From NCBI GenBank assembly GCA_046563655.1, contig CM102287.1, forward strand, positions 4,712,001 through 4,776,000: a stretch of 64,000 bases of DNA, given 5' to 3'. The stretch's first letter is position 1, and each line of letters opens with the position of its first letter. Under the pieces are notes generated by a model, which saw only the letters and a list, made by a program, of their open reading frames with translations, was not told where the DNA came from and made no database searches. The translations under genes and the position numbers were made by a program. This document shows, piece after piece, positions 42,801-56,700 of this stretch. This DNA comes from Yuukianura sp. NJ FZ-2021 (taxonomy: Eukaryota).

Positions 42801-45800
42801 AAGGACTGAGTCTGTTCCTTTCTAAAATTGTAAGGAAAATAACACGCGAGCAAAGGAGACTTTAGACGGAGAAGAAGCGGAGCGTTGTGCGAAGGGGGAA
42901 CGAGAGTCACGTTTTTCGTTTCCCTGGAAGGTGGGGGCGGGGTAACTTTTTCCAAGGAGCAAACCCTGTGCTGAGTCGTCTTCTCTATTTGAGGGTGGGG
43001 AGAAGATGAAGAAACGTGCTTAGAATATGCCTCAGTTCTTGAGAGAGGCCTTTCTTCCACTGCCCGCTTTCCCAAACGTGCTTCTTCCGCCGCCTTTGCC
43101 CTCGACTACGGCCAATTCCCTCAAATATGTACATACGAATGGCCACACAACACTCCCTTTCACCAGCACAACCAACAGCACACAGGACTAAGAAAACACG
43201 AGCTACTGCCAGCATCGCTTCAACGTCGCCTCAAAAATATTCTGCGCTTCTTGGCCAAAATCTTCATAAAAACGAATAGATGCGTAGACTTCAGGAAACA
43301 GAAAGTATTCTTCATAACCCAAAGATTTGATATGGTTATGTTAGTCTGTATGATAGGAGTTAGTTAATTAGGTTTCAAGATTAGCTTAATTTTGACAGAA
43401 CAGTCTCAAATATGAACTGGTTCAACAGAGCTATTTGGTTCAATTAAAAAAAATCAAAGTTTGGTTCAACTGCAACTTGTTAAACAGAATTGGTTCAACT
43501 TATTTTGAAGAACAAAAAATGAAGTGCAACGAAATCAATTTGACATTTGAACAAATCCGGTTTGAACCAATACTAGCTGAATCAACGGTTGATGCCATTA
43601 GAACAGTAGTTTTTATAAAATTTTCGTAACATGGAGACTTTGGAGACTGAAATTTTGAGTTTTCTGTGAAATTGGAGAAAGGAAAGTGAAAACTTTCTTT
43701 TCCGCAACGAGCGACACCTACTGGAGGAAAGTGCAGCTTTTGAAAGCAACGGAATGCAGGGTTTTACTTTGAAGCAAAAGTGAAAGTGTGGAGAAAGCAC
43801 AGGGAAAGTGGTGGAATTATGATTTCTGTGTCTCCCGAGGCCAGGACGTGGGTTAATGAACATGGAGATTAATTATCACCTCCATTCATTGTCTTATCTC
43901 TCTCTCCACTCCATCATTTATTAATCAACTTTCACTCACTTTCACTCCCAACCACAACATTTCGAAATCTGCCGCCTTTATTTTCAACGCTCCCGCTTTA
44001 TTTCAATCTCCCTCTGTCACAGCCTAAGCATCCGAAACAATAGAACCAACTCCCGGAAAATCAGTTTCAAAATTTCCCTCTACCAAAAATCATTTCAAAA
44101 TTTCACACCATTTTACACTTTTCACACGACTTGCCGCTTTCACCAGAAATAAATCCACGCAACGAAACGACTAATTCTTAATTCTTGAAATTGTACAATT
44201 TACATGGAAATGGAACAACCTCTCTTTTGTTTTCTTTTTCACAAGGAAAATTTAAATTTCAAATTTTCAACTTTTTCTCTCCGATTCGTACTGAAAAAAA
44301 AATCAATTGCTGAAAAGTGAAAATTAACAGGCATTCCAGCACCATAAATAAATTGGAGATACAAACTGTAGGAGTTTTTGGAAATTTGGAAACGAGGAAA
44401 GGGCGGGAGAAAGTCAGTACTAAAATTAGCATAAATCTTTGGCATGGATTAGGCACAACTTTAACGTTTTTAGGTACGTTTAGCTCTGTTAGGTTAACAA
44501 CCTAACCGTTAGGTTACACTTTTCGTACTACTATCTCAAATCCTAACGCTCCGCTTTAAGTAAAAGTAATGGCACTCAAAGTCGAATTCAATTAAAATAG
44601 GGAGGGGAGAACTCGGAGTCATAAATTTGTCACTTGAAAAACAGGAAAAGCGGGAAATAAAAAGTTAAAACAGAAAGTTTAAAAAGTAAAAAAGTAGAAA
44701 AAAAAAAGGAAAAAGTAAAAGTACGTTTAATCAAGCGGACTTTCACTTTGTATCTCGTACTTTGCATTTTGCTACACTTAAGAAAGGAGGAAGCGACGAA
44801 AGTGAAAGTTAAGGTGATAAAATATGCAGATGAACATTTTCTACTTTTTTCTCGCAGACAGTAACAAAAAAAGCAACTCAAAAAGTGCTTTTTCTTAACT
44901 CGAAATTTTGAAAAGATTCCAAAAACTTTTCCTTCTTTTATTTTTCTTTTGTTCTCCGCTTTCTCTAAGAAAAAAAAAAGCAAAAGCGTAGGACACCTTC
45001 ATTAAAACTCCATAAATATTACTTTGCATTTTTCTAGTTTTCAAAAGAAAGTTTATTTTTTTTAGAACAAGAAAGTTTCTTAAAAAAGAGAAACTTTTTG
45101 AAATTTTTCTCCTTTCTTAAAAAAAGTGCGGGAGTCCATGATAAGTGAGGCACTTGACACAGGCATTTGAACCGCTCTGGAGAGCGGCTTCTGGAAGTTA
45201 TTGCCTGGAATTAATGTTCTCTCATGAATAATTCCTTAATTATTGTTCTACTAAGAAACGCATCTCCACACGATCTTAAGATCTTACCCCGTGGGGTCAC
45301 CAGGGGTCAAGTGCAAATCTGAGAAGGGGGGGGGGGGTGAATGCGGATGAGGGGGGGGGAGGTAATTAGCATAAATGTGTCGTTAGACATGACATGGAGG
45401 TTCCTGTTGGAGGATCCATTACACCCCCAATGAAGTCCCCCTCCCATTGTTCCCCCTTGGAACTGTCGAAGGGTGAAGCTCATCAATCATCTTCCAAAAT
45501 CAAAGAGCTGGACGCTCTCGCGCAGGAAGAACAGCGAAAAATTGAAACTTTCTCTTCCGCATCCCCCGTCCTGCTTCTCTCTTTTGTTTTCACCCCCATT
45601 TTTTTCTCATTTCAAACAAAAAAGTTATAAAAAATGGAAAAATAAAAAAGCTTAAAGCCTGGCTTTGGGCTTTTTGGTTTTCCAAAAAAACCTCCGTGAA
45701 ATGAAAAATATCATCCCCACAAACCCTCATTTTCCCCCAATTTTTTATCCAAAATATCATCAAATTCTTCATCCCTCAATTTTACTTGTTTTTGATACGA

Positions 45801-47004
45801 ACAAAAAATCGCCTCATTTGTGAGGTTTTTTTTAGAAAATCTTTTTACAAAAAACACAAAATTCCTAATGTTGACGCCGCCTGAAAAAAATAATAGCTTG
45901 AACTATAAAAGAATTTCGAGATGAAAAAGATGCGAATATCACTTTCACGATTGGTGGTAATTCGCATAGTAATTTAGAAATTGTCGAAAAAAGTCCAAAA
46001 ATTTCAAAAAATTAAAAACAACTAGCTCACTACACAATCCTTTTAGTCTTTTAGATGCGGAAAAGGCTGTTAGAATTGAATTTTGAAAAAATTCTGATCA
46101 CCAATTCGTCATCAAATTCGAAATTGGAAGTGAAAGGAAACTTAATTTTTGAATTTTTGAATTTTCCCTCGGGAATCATTTTCCAACACTTTCACTTTCT
46201 CCTCCAAGCCTCCCCGCTTAACTCACAATAGCTAAACATTAAAAATGTAAAATTCAAATCTCCCGAGCTCTTTTTTCCCGCCCGCTCCCCTCAGGATCCA
46301 AGAACCTGCTGGTTTTGTCCAAATCCCACCGTCTGTCAGCCTCCACCGTCGTTTTGCTCCTCACTTATGCTTTCTCCAGGGCCGTTAAACTCAAAAAGAT
46401 TTGGAAATTATACGGAAGTGATGTTTAAATGTATGAACGTTCTGGCGGGAACGGAATGACCACTTTCACTTTCGACTTTTCAAAAGTGGCGGGTGAGTGA
46501 AGTGGGTTAGGTTGGAGAGATCTACATTTCTATTAGGGATGGTGGGGCTAGTGGTGGTGGGGCTGGTGGTTGGTGGTATCCCTGGCGGAATAATTATATG
46601 TGATAAGACTTGCAGATGAAGACGTTCATTTGAAAATCTAATGGTTTCCTCATCACTATTCTCAAATCCCCTTTATAAACCCTTGTTTCCATTTAGACGG
46701 GACACCAGTTCCCTACCAAAGTCCACCACTCAAACATCTCTCTCACAAATGGACTTGGACAAACACATTTTTTTTTTCAAAATTTTGAAAAGTTTAAATT
46801 TTGAGTTTTTTGGTTTTTGAAAATGTGTGGTTTGAGTTAGGGAGCGTAATGGCTGCCTCCCTGGAGAGTGAGAGTGAAAGTGGTGAAAGTCCGAGCCTGC
46901 TCCGGAATGGATCTTTTTTGGTAAGTTTTCAAAGCTTTCAAAGCGCAACTTTTCCACCCCCTCGTTTTCATCCCTCTCTTCCTTCAGTAATCTAATCTTG
47001 TTCT

Positions 47005-47155
47005 ATACATGCACAAAAATACATGAACAAAACATGCGTGCACAAAACATACATGCACAAAACATACATGCACAAAAACATTTGTGCATAAAGTGAAAGC
47101 TACGGTCAGCAAAGGCAAATTGAAAAGAGAAACAAATTGAAAAGAGAAACAAACA
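47005..47155. repeat. Short tandem repeats: (CATACATGCACAAAA)-like x~5, then AAATTGAAAAGAGAAAC x2
   Basis: Directly visible repeated units. Confidence 0.75.
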
Positions 47156-50100
47156 AATTCAAATTGGGCAACTTTCTCCCTCTTTCTAAATCGAAGGTAA
47201 ACTTTGACCGCCAGTTTTCAAAATTTCGAAACTTTCTCCCGCCCCTCACCTTTACATAACTTAACCAACCAATTGATAGTCTCCTCTGTCTCTTTTCTTA
47301 TGGAAATGGTCGTTTGTGGGAATGTTTTGGCTTGATTTGCCTTGCTTTCACTCCATTTCCTCCTGACCACTTTTGCCAAGATTAAATTATAAAGTCAATG
47401 GACTTCCTTCCCGCCTTCGATGCTAATAAATCCAATACCATTTGAACATTGAAAAAAAAAACTTAACTTCTGCCTTATTTCAATACCCCTCTTTTAGTAA
47501 GTGAAAACATTCAACTTCCGCACCCCCTACCTTAAGTTAAAAAGTGGAAACATTCGAGACTTTTGCCTTATTTCAACATTTCTTTCTCGAGAACAGGAAA
47601 TCATGCATTAAACATCTCCGACCGTCTTCCATCGCTATTGAAAAAAAAATCGACTGTGTCGACTTTATAGACTTTTAGCATATTTAAATTCCTGGATTTT
47701 TTTTTCAAATTCGGGAAATCCAAAAATCCTTTTTAGAAAAGTCGGTTCTGGGAAAGTGTTTTTGAAAAAAGCCTTTTCTGTGTTCCCATTCTATGCTTAA
47801 ATACTTAATTGAACAATGGTGAAACAAGGTTTTGCTCCCTCCCTCCACGTGCCTCAGTTTGAAACAACTTGTTTTTGTAAACGAACCAATTGAAAAAGAG
47901 TTGTGACGGAGGGAGTAACTACGGCGGAAGCACAAAGAGCTTGGGGTGCGTCATATTAATAATTTCTGCAACATTGCACATGTCACCAATTGTCTTCAAA
48001 ATGGAAAAACAACATCCCGCTACTCCAGCTCTTAATCACGCCGTCACGCGTCACTTCAAACTTTAACTCTCTCCAATTACAAACTCATAACTCACTCTCA
48101 CCAAACATTTCCAAAGTCAACCTCACTTTCTCTGGCATAATCTAATCTAACTAACCCAAATTTAACATAACCAACATAAGTTTAAGAAACGAAACTAATT
48201 TTTAACAAAATAAATCTAACCTAGACTTTCTCCAATCACAAACTCACAAATGACTTTCACCAACATTTCAAAAGTTAATTCCGCCTTAATCAAGCTATTC
48301 TAACTGGACTAAATTTAATACAACTCATTAACGTAAAAAAACAAACATAAAAATTTAGTCCAATTTCAAAAATTTAGCACAACTTTTCAAAATTCGAGTT
48401 CAATTTTTTAAAAATTTCTACCTCAACACTGTTCATTACAGCTAAATTTCCAGAAAATTAATATTTCTTTCACTTTAATTTTGTTGAGTGGCGTTTAACT
48501 AGTGCATTGTTCGAAAAAATTGCAAATGTTAGGAATTGAAATTTTGAAATTCCTAAATTTTTGAAATTTTTATCTTTTTGAAAATTTTTGGCTGTTGTGA
48601 CTGTGACTGTCCGATTGTGAAGTTGAGTTGAAGTGGTATGTTTGTTGACATTGGATGCAGTTGATGTTGGTTGATTGTGAGACTGTGGTGAATAAGCTAT
48701 GCTTTCTCCTCAGTTGTTTATGTAAGTGTGTAGACGAGATAAAAGAACATTTTTCCCTATGCAGTCTCATCTGCATTGCAAATGACTCTCTCCCCTGCTT
48801 CTGAATATTCAGCACAAAGCTCACCATCGCATCCTACTCTCCGCAACGAAGAAAAAAGAAAGCGGAGAAATGGTGTCTAGGAAACCAGTTCCCAATGGGG
48901 ACTCATCTTCTCTCCTTTGGCTTCTCTTCAGGATTTTTAGCATTTAGAATTTAAAACTAAGGATATTCTTGCATTTTTAGAGTAATTCAGGAATAAGTCC
49001 TGAGGGGACACGTCAACAGCTTCCTTAAAAACCAACCTTCCGCTGTGCTTTTTAGTCTCATTTGTTAGAAATTGTTCCGCTTTAAGTCCCATTGTCTAAA
49101 AATGGTCCCGGATTTTAACTAAGGATGATCTCAAGCCACAATCCTTCATTCTGCTCGACTCTGATTAAAAACTGTTGACTCTGAGCAAACAACGAACGCA
49201 AAGTGTCAATAGACCAAAGGACGCTGCGCTTTCTAAAACAAGAAGACTAAAAACTAGAAAATCCAAATGCAAAATCTAGTCTAACTCAGCACTTTTCATC
49301 ACAACTAAGCAACTTTCGGAAAAAGGGAAAAGGTGAAGAAAAATCTCCAAAATATTTTCCCTTTTTAGTAAAGTTTTTATTTTTCAGAAATTCGAAAACT
49401 TATAATTCCCTCCACCTAAAAGTGTTGTGTTTTGCCGTAAGTAGAAAAATTACAACAATTTCATTTTTAAGCAATATGGACAACAAAGTTTCTTAAACTT
49501 CTGTCAATCAATTTGAACAAATTCTTGAAAAGTTTTTTAAAAAAAATGGAGGAAGGGCGAAATGAAAAATGCCGTTACTGTTTTTTTTTCTTTGATGTTT
49601 GTGAAATTTTGAAAATTTGGAGCAGAAAGTGGAATTGACTTGTGATGGTGGTGAAAGTTGTTTGGATTTTGGTGTTCGTTGGACCGTTGGCCTGAGAGAG
49701 CTTAGAGCATGGTGGTGAAAGTGACAGGGATTGTGGCCTTGCGGTGACATGCTCATTGTTGCAGCAAAGGCGACGACTCGGAAAATTAGGAATAAACATA
49801 TTCAGTGTTCCGAAGGCTAATTCCGATTGACAGCTCAACATCCACTGCCAAAGGATGCTGTCAAGCATTAACCATCACAAATACAACTACTATCACTGCT
49901 TAAATTGGATCACATCACAAACACTGCTGTCCAAAGCGGACGCTAAAAATCATGTTGGATTTGGACGCCACTCCACTTTATTTTTCTTCGTGTTTGCTAT
50001 TTTCGTGTCAAATATGATGAAAAGATGCGACATATTCTTCAGCCTCGGAATTTGCATTTTAGAAACTTATGCTGAAAATTTTCGAAATTCAAATATTAAC

Positions 50101-52249
50101 TTCAAGCAAAGCCTCGTAGCCTTGATTTAAAAAAAAACGCAATTCAAATTTGAAATTACGATTTCGAATTTTGGTTTCACTTTCAGTTTTGTTTCTGTTT
50201 TTGACTCGTGAATCTGCTTTTGCGGTTAGTTTTAGAAGAGGGTCAAACAAATTAAAAATGGTGCAAATGAGTTTCTCTCTGCGGTTCAAAGGGAAACGTG
50301 ATTCTCATAATTTTCAAAATTTCTCCGAAAAACTTTCATCTTTCTCTAAAAGAAGATGGAAGACGCTTGGTTAGAAGATTTGAACTTTTTTTTGGAGATG
50401 CTTTCTCTTTCAACTTTTACTTTGGTGGTGACTCATGTTGTGTCTTTGGGTGCAACTGCTGCTGCTGACAGAGTTGGCAGTGGCTTGGCCCCTGTCAAAA
50501 ATACAATTAAAATTTGTTTCTGTCTCCGGCCGTCGTGGTGTAGAAGCGGTTAGATTTGAATTGGAAATTGGCTTCGAAACAGCTGCCGAGGTCTTCCGCC
50601 CCTGCTCTTCTGTGGTTTACCAAAAACTTTATTGAAATGTCTCCATCTGGGCTAACCTAACTTATTTTTTCCTGACAGAAAGTTATGATTCAAGTCGTGG
50701 CGGGGGTGGTTTGGGATGAGATTGACTTCTGCGCCCTTCGCCCGCACCCTCACCCACACAATTAGGGGCAGCACAAAAACCAACTTTCTCCTGGAGAAAC
50801 AATACCACATTGGCATTTATTGGCTCCAGTTATCATAACTTCCCCCTGCCAAAACATTCCGTATCTATATCATAACAGGGAAATGGTTAGGTTATGTTAG
50901 TATGTTAGATTAGGTTAAGAAACGATGTGGAGAAAGCACAGTCCATTATAATGACCCGAGAGAGTAATGGGGTCTCGAGGGACGAAAGCATCTACAAAGT
51001 CATTTCCAAGTCAAGTAGCCATTTGGAAACGAAGTTCCACAAGGAAAAGACACGCTAATCACATTCAGTGACCAACCTTTGATCATTCTCCAACATAACA
51101 TAACATTCACTACAAAGAAAAACTAGCCTAACTCAGAAAAAACACCTTACAAACAAACATTAACCTAAAAATTAACACGAATTTACAAAAGAAATGCAAA
51201 CTAAAAAGCTTAAGCTATATAGCTAAACAGACTAGAATTTAAAAGCATCCAGAAAAATTCGCGTTGAACGACGAGGAAACTGGTAGAACTGAGAGAGGTT
51301 TAACATGTCACAAAACTTCTGAGTTGCAGAAGAAAAATTTGCTGGTATTAACCTTGCTTTTCAAATGGAATAGAATATTGAAATGTTAAAATTGAAAGGG
51401 TTTAGTGAAAATGTAAATGAAGAATTGAAATTGAATCGCGGGAATTTTGGAACAGTTTGTTTTCGTTTTATTTCGACACTTTCTCCATATGCTTATTTAT
51501 TCAACATTTAAATGGAAATCGTCTCCTTTGATACTGGGGCTTTTGGATTCTAAAATCTTCCTGGAAGGTTTTTTGGTTCGAAAGCGGATAAAATGGCGAG
51601 TGATCTGTTCCCATCGGCATCTTCCGCACGTCGTTCCTCATCTCATCCACAAACACCAATCCCTCAATGCATTCTTAATGATGACGCCGCTCTGAAAAGC
51701 ATCAACGGATCAACTTTCTCTTTTTTCTTTACATTTTTTCAAAAACAGGACCTGGAGAAACTTTTTTTTTCTTTGAAGACAAGCTGGAGATTTGAGTCTC
51801 CTTAACCACAACATCATCCCCTTCTTTAGAAAAATAGAACTGAAGGATCCTGTGCTAGAATTTCAGAACATTTTCAAAATCCTTCATCCTCCTGTGCACA
51901 AGCACATAATCCTCAACGTCTTTTTCAAAATGACATTTTCTACTCACTTTTTTGAAAACTTTTTTTTTCTTCTCGAAAAGGTTGAAAAGAGAAAGTGAGA
52001 AGGCGGAGTCACGGGGCGTGGACAGTGGCCTTTGGAGTTCCCGCGGAGAAAGTGAAAGTGGGAAATGTAAATGGGAAATTCTTTTCTCTTTTTTCGTAAG
52101 TATAAATCTGGGCCCAAGGGCCATTACGCCCCTTATCCCACTGACTTTTCATCTCTTCCAATTACGCTAAAAGGCATTACAAATTCTAACCATTTTGGAT
52201 TTCAGCGGGAAAAGAAAGCAGAAGGGAGATTGTTATCACTTTCACTTTC

Positions 52250-52420
52250 CCCAAATTTCCCACTTTTTCTAAATTTCTGTTTTCTTCAATTTCACATTTC
52301 ACCAGAATTTCCCAGTTTGCACTTTTTCTAAATTTCCCACTTTCTTTTTAGTAGAATTTCCCAGTTTGAGTTCACAATTTCCCGCTTTTGCATTTCCCAC
52401 TTTTCCTCAATTTCCCACTT
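52250..52420. repeat. Degenerate tandem repeat of AATTTCCCA(C/G)TTT
   Basis: About seven copies of an ATTTCCC(A/G) core. Confidence 0.65.
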
Positions 52421-53707
52421 TCTCTGGCAAGGTCACATGACTAGGAAAAGAGAAAGTTAAAGTTAAAAGTGAAAGGTTTAACGGTGCTTGGCGAGGGCGG
52501 GAAAATTTGAAAGTTTTTTAAGCGGGAAAAAAAGCTGGAGAAGAGGAACGAAGGTGAAGATGCGAAATAAATCCAGGAAGCCGCTGGAAGTCTGTTGTCG
52601 ACAGGTCATAATAATGATAATAGTTTTGGAAATGGAATACTACTGGCAGTATACCCGAGCAGTAGTGGATCTTCTACAAGAAAGTGAAAGTGGATGAAGG
52701 TGAGGAAGATGACAGATCCAGAGTCTACAAGGATCCCCATAACTCAACACTCAAATGGCCTTGGACCGAAGTCAGCTGAGACTCTTTATCTCCTTCCAAA
52801 CCGCATCTTCAAGCCCTCATTTCCATAAGGGGAGCAAGTAAGTGTCATCATCATCGGTTGTGTTGTTGCCATGGATACTTCAAAGTCATCTCCAGGGGGG
52901 CTGAAAAGGGGGGTGTCCATTAACACCCCCTGCCTGGTGATGTGATTTTGGCTCTTTTGATGTTTCCATTAGAGGTCATTCCCAGACTGGGAATTAAGTG
53001 ACATCAAACAGACGACGAAGTGTTGATCTTATTAAATATGGAGGACACAAGATATGAACCATTACGCAACAGTCGGAGTTTTCTCCCCTCCGTAAGTGAA
53101 AGTGGACACAAATCAGGGTACCCTTAACATAACAACCATTCATTTCAGAAATACCCATGGGACACAGGGCCAGATAAAAACTAACTTTTTTCCATCTGCT
53201 AACGGTCTTTCGTTAAAAAAAATCGTTCTTTTCGGTTTCCAAGTTCAATTCTAAAGCCACCGACTTAAAATTTGTTTTACGAAAGTTTTAACGTCACAAA
53301 CAGAAGATCCATCCATCGCCTCGATCTGTTGTTGGAATGGCCGAGTTTGATTGGATTTTGATAAGTTGATCCCGGATATCTTTCATTCTGAGAAAATTTA
53401 TTCAAAATTTTGAATTCTGAAATTGCCTTCTTGAACATTGAATCATCTTGTTTGCAACAAAATAGCGGAATTGGTCCTTTGCCAAAAGAGGAGAGATCGT
53501 TTATCGTTTGCTATATTTTTGCCAGGTGAAAGTGACAAGATGAGCAGAATGCTAAAATTAGACTTCAGCAGAAGCAGCAACAGAAGTTTGTGCTTCATTC
53601 ATGTTTGTTTTGTGCATAAGCTGATCTTCATTCCGAGAATTCTTGAAAAGACATTTCCGCATTTGTTTAGATTTCTAGTCGTAAATCACAAGTTTAAAAA
53701 ACGTTTA

Positions 53708-56700
53708 ATGTTGTTGTTTTGTATCTTTTTAGTTGCAGTGGTTCACCAACAACTGCCGCAATGTCATGCACAGAGTGTCAACCACCTTGAACTATCACGA
53801 CAAGGTCATCAACCTCCAGTTATAATTGGTAAACAGAACTTTGGATGTAAAATTTTGAACTTTGAATTTTTTAAATTAAACATTTTGAATGTTTGTTTTC
53901 AGGTGGACTGTTTGACGCGACAGATTCGCTGGAAGAAGCAACACTTAAGTTGGCCGTAGAACAAATCAATCGAGACCCTGCGCTACTGCCATACCATCAC
54001 TTGTCACTCAAGGCAGAGACTGTAGAAGGAAACAGTTCGTTTCACACGGCAAGAGCAGGTACTTAAGAATCAGAACGTTATTGTATTTCAAAATTTTTAA
54101 CTTTAAGTTTCTTTTTGAAAATTTTCTATGTTTTTTTTTTGTAGTGTGTAGTTTGCTACGTGAGGGAATCGTTGGCGTTTTTGGTCCGCAGAGTTCAGAT
54201 GGGGCAGCACATGCTCAGTCCCTCTGCGACAGATTTGACATTCCGCATATCGAAACACGGTGGGACTACCGCACTCGGCAGGACAAATATGCCATCAACG
54301 TCCATCCGCATGTCGATACATTGGGACAAGTAAGACAAACGTCCCAACACGGCCAGTCATCGACATCTTGACTTCAACTTTGACCTTGACCTTTGCTTTT
54401 AGGCATATGCCAATCTGGTAGACAACCTTGGAGAAAACTGGTTCAACTTTGCCGTACTTTACGACGAGGAAGAGGGACTCATCAAACTTCAAAATGTCGT
54501 CCGCAGTGCTCTACTTAACAAACGGAACATTACAGTTCGCCAGTTACCATCAGATGACTACAGGTTGACACAATATTCGTAAATTCAGAAAAATGATTTT
54601 GGCTTGGCTTGATATCGAAAATTTTCTTCCAGACCTCTACTGAAGTTGCTTCAACGAGAGTACCACATCCACAACATCATTGTAGATGCTTCTGTGGAAA
54701 AGACGCTGGAGGTGTTGATGCAAGCAGAGCAAATCGGAATGACAAGTCACGAGTACAGTTACATCCTGACAACTCTTGACCTCCAAGCAGACGAAATGGA
54801 CGAATACAAACACGGAGATGCTCAGTTCTTTGCCTTTCGGATTGTGGATCCCGAACGTGATGAAGTTCAGCGTATCAGTCAACAGTTGGCTGCGACGACG
54901 CAGACGCCACGCTGGAGAGGAGCTCAATTTCCACACCGATTTCCAACACCACACCGATCCAGTCTAACTGTAATACTCAATTTGGTTCATTGCTTTTCCA
55001 AAATTTTCAAAATTTTGATTGTTTTGACCTGTGTTTTTTTTTAGACCGCGCAAGCTCTGGTATTCGACGCTGTTCTGCTGTTCAGTAAAGCACTACATAA
55101 GAACACTGACATGCTCAGAACTGTACCGACTTTGAATTGCAATCAAGATGTGGGATGGACAGAGGGCTCGACGTTAATAAACGACATGAGAGCAATGGTA
55201 GGAATTTTTTCACATTTTACAACATTTTTTGCAAAATTCGATTTTCAAAATTCAAAACTGAATTAGCTTTTTTTCTGCATAGGCTGCATTCCAAGGGCTC
55301 ACTGGAACAATTCAGTTTAACAACTCTGGATATCGGACAGATATCACCTTGGATCTTGTCAAAGTCACCAAAAACGTAATTCTAACGACTAACTTTTACT
55401 TCACATGGTTGAACGAATAATTGAAAACGAAAATTTTGAACATTTCAACAACTTGTTTGATAGGGATTTGTGAAAGCTGGAAACTGGGAGTACGCTAGGT
55501 TTACCAACAGTAGAATCAATTGGTTGCCGCCGAGTGAAGCAGAGGAAAAAGAACTGAAACTGAACGAATCTGATCGGTTGCCGCTGAGCTCAAGAAATCT
55601 CAAAGTTACTACAATTATGGTAACTTTCCTATATTTTTTTTTGAAATTGGGATTCATAGTTCTGGATATCATTTTTCCATTTTCTCTTTTATAGACGGAT
55701 CCATTTTGTATGTACAAATTGTCAGTTGATCGTAAAGAAGGGAATGAGCGATTCGAAGGCTACACGATTGACCTTGTAAATGAACTTTCGCAAAGACTTG
55801 GATTCAACTACACAATTCAAATCGTTCGAGATGGAAGTTATAGCGGGATGATCCAGGAAGTGGTGGATGGCACTGGAGATCTCGTAGTGGCCGATTTGAC
55901 AATCACCGAAGAGAGACAGCAGAAGGTCGACTTTACTATGCCAGTAATTCAAAATTTCAAAATTCATCTTAAAACTTAAAACTTTTTCGAAATCAAGTTC
56001 TTAAATGATTTCGTTTTTTCAGTTTATGAATTTGGGCGTTTCGATTCTGTTTGTGCCGCCACAAGCGAAGCCACCGAGTCTCTTTTCCTTCATGTCGCCC
56101 TTTGCTCTCGACGTTTGGATCTACATGGCCATTGCCTTCTTTGGCGTCTCGTTAGTTCTGTTCATTGCAGCAAGGTATTCCACAAATTTTCAGAAAATTT
56201 TAGAAATTTTTGAAGTTTTTCATAATTTTGAAAATTTTTTGAACAGAGTCAGTCCACTTGAATGGGACAATCCACTTCCTTGCATTACTGATCCGGACAA
56301 ACTGCACAACCAATTCAAATTCTCCAACAGCATTTGGTTCACACTAGGGTCTATTATGCAGCAAGGTTCCGATTTAGCTCCAAAGTCCGTAGTTTTCAAA
56401 ATTTTGAAAATTTTCAAAAAATTTCTCAATGTTGCAATAACACTTGCCATTTTGTGTTTGAATTTTTACAGGGCCGTGTCTACTCGTATTATTGCTGGGA
56501 TTTGGTGGTTCTTTACGCTCATCATTGTCTCTTCCTACACAGCAAACTTGGCAACTTTCCTTATCGTAAAATATTTTAAATTTTCAAAAACTGGAAACAT
56601 TCTTTCAAATTTTCACATTTTTAGTACATTTTTTATTCTCTTATGATATTATGATTTGATAGGTTCAAGAACTGGACGAGTCCGTAAAGAGTCTGAGTGA

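Noticed and set aside
24900..53400. Numerous 60-150 aa ORFs in the desert
   Set aside because: Phe/Lys/Leu/Ser-biased translations of low-complexity AT-rich DNA with no domains or consistent splice chain.
56359..56361. Q/R editing site (CAG in MQQG) with a palindromic downstream intron
   Set aside because: TTTTCAAAATTTTGAAAA-type palindromes are common throughout the window and do not pair with the exon; no editing-complementary sequence seen.
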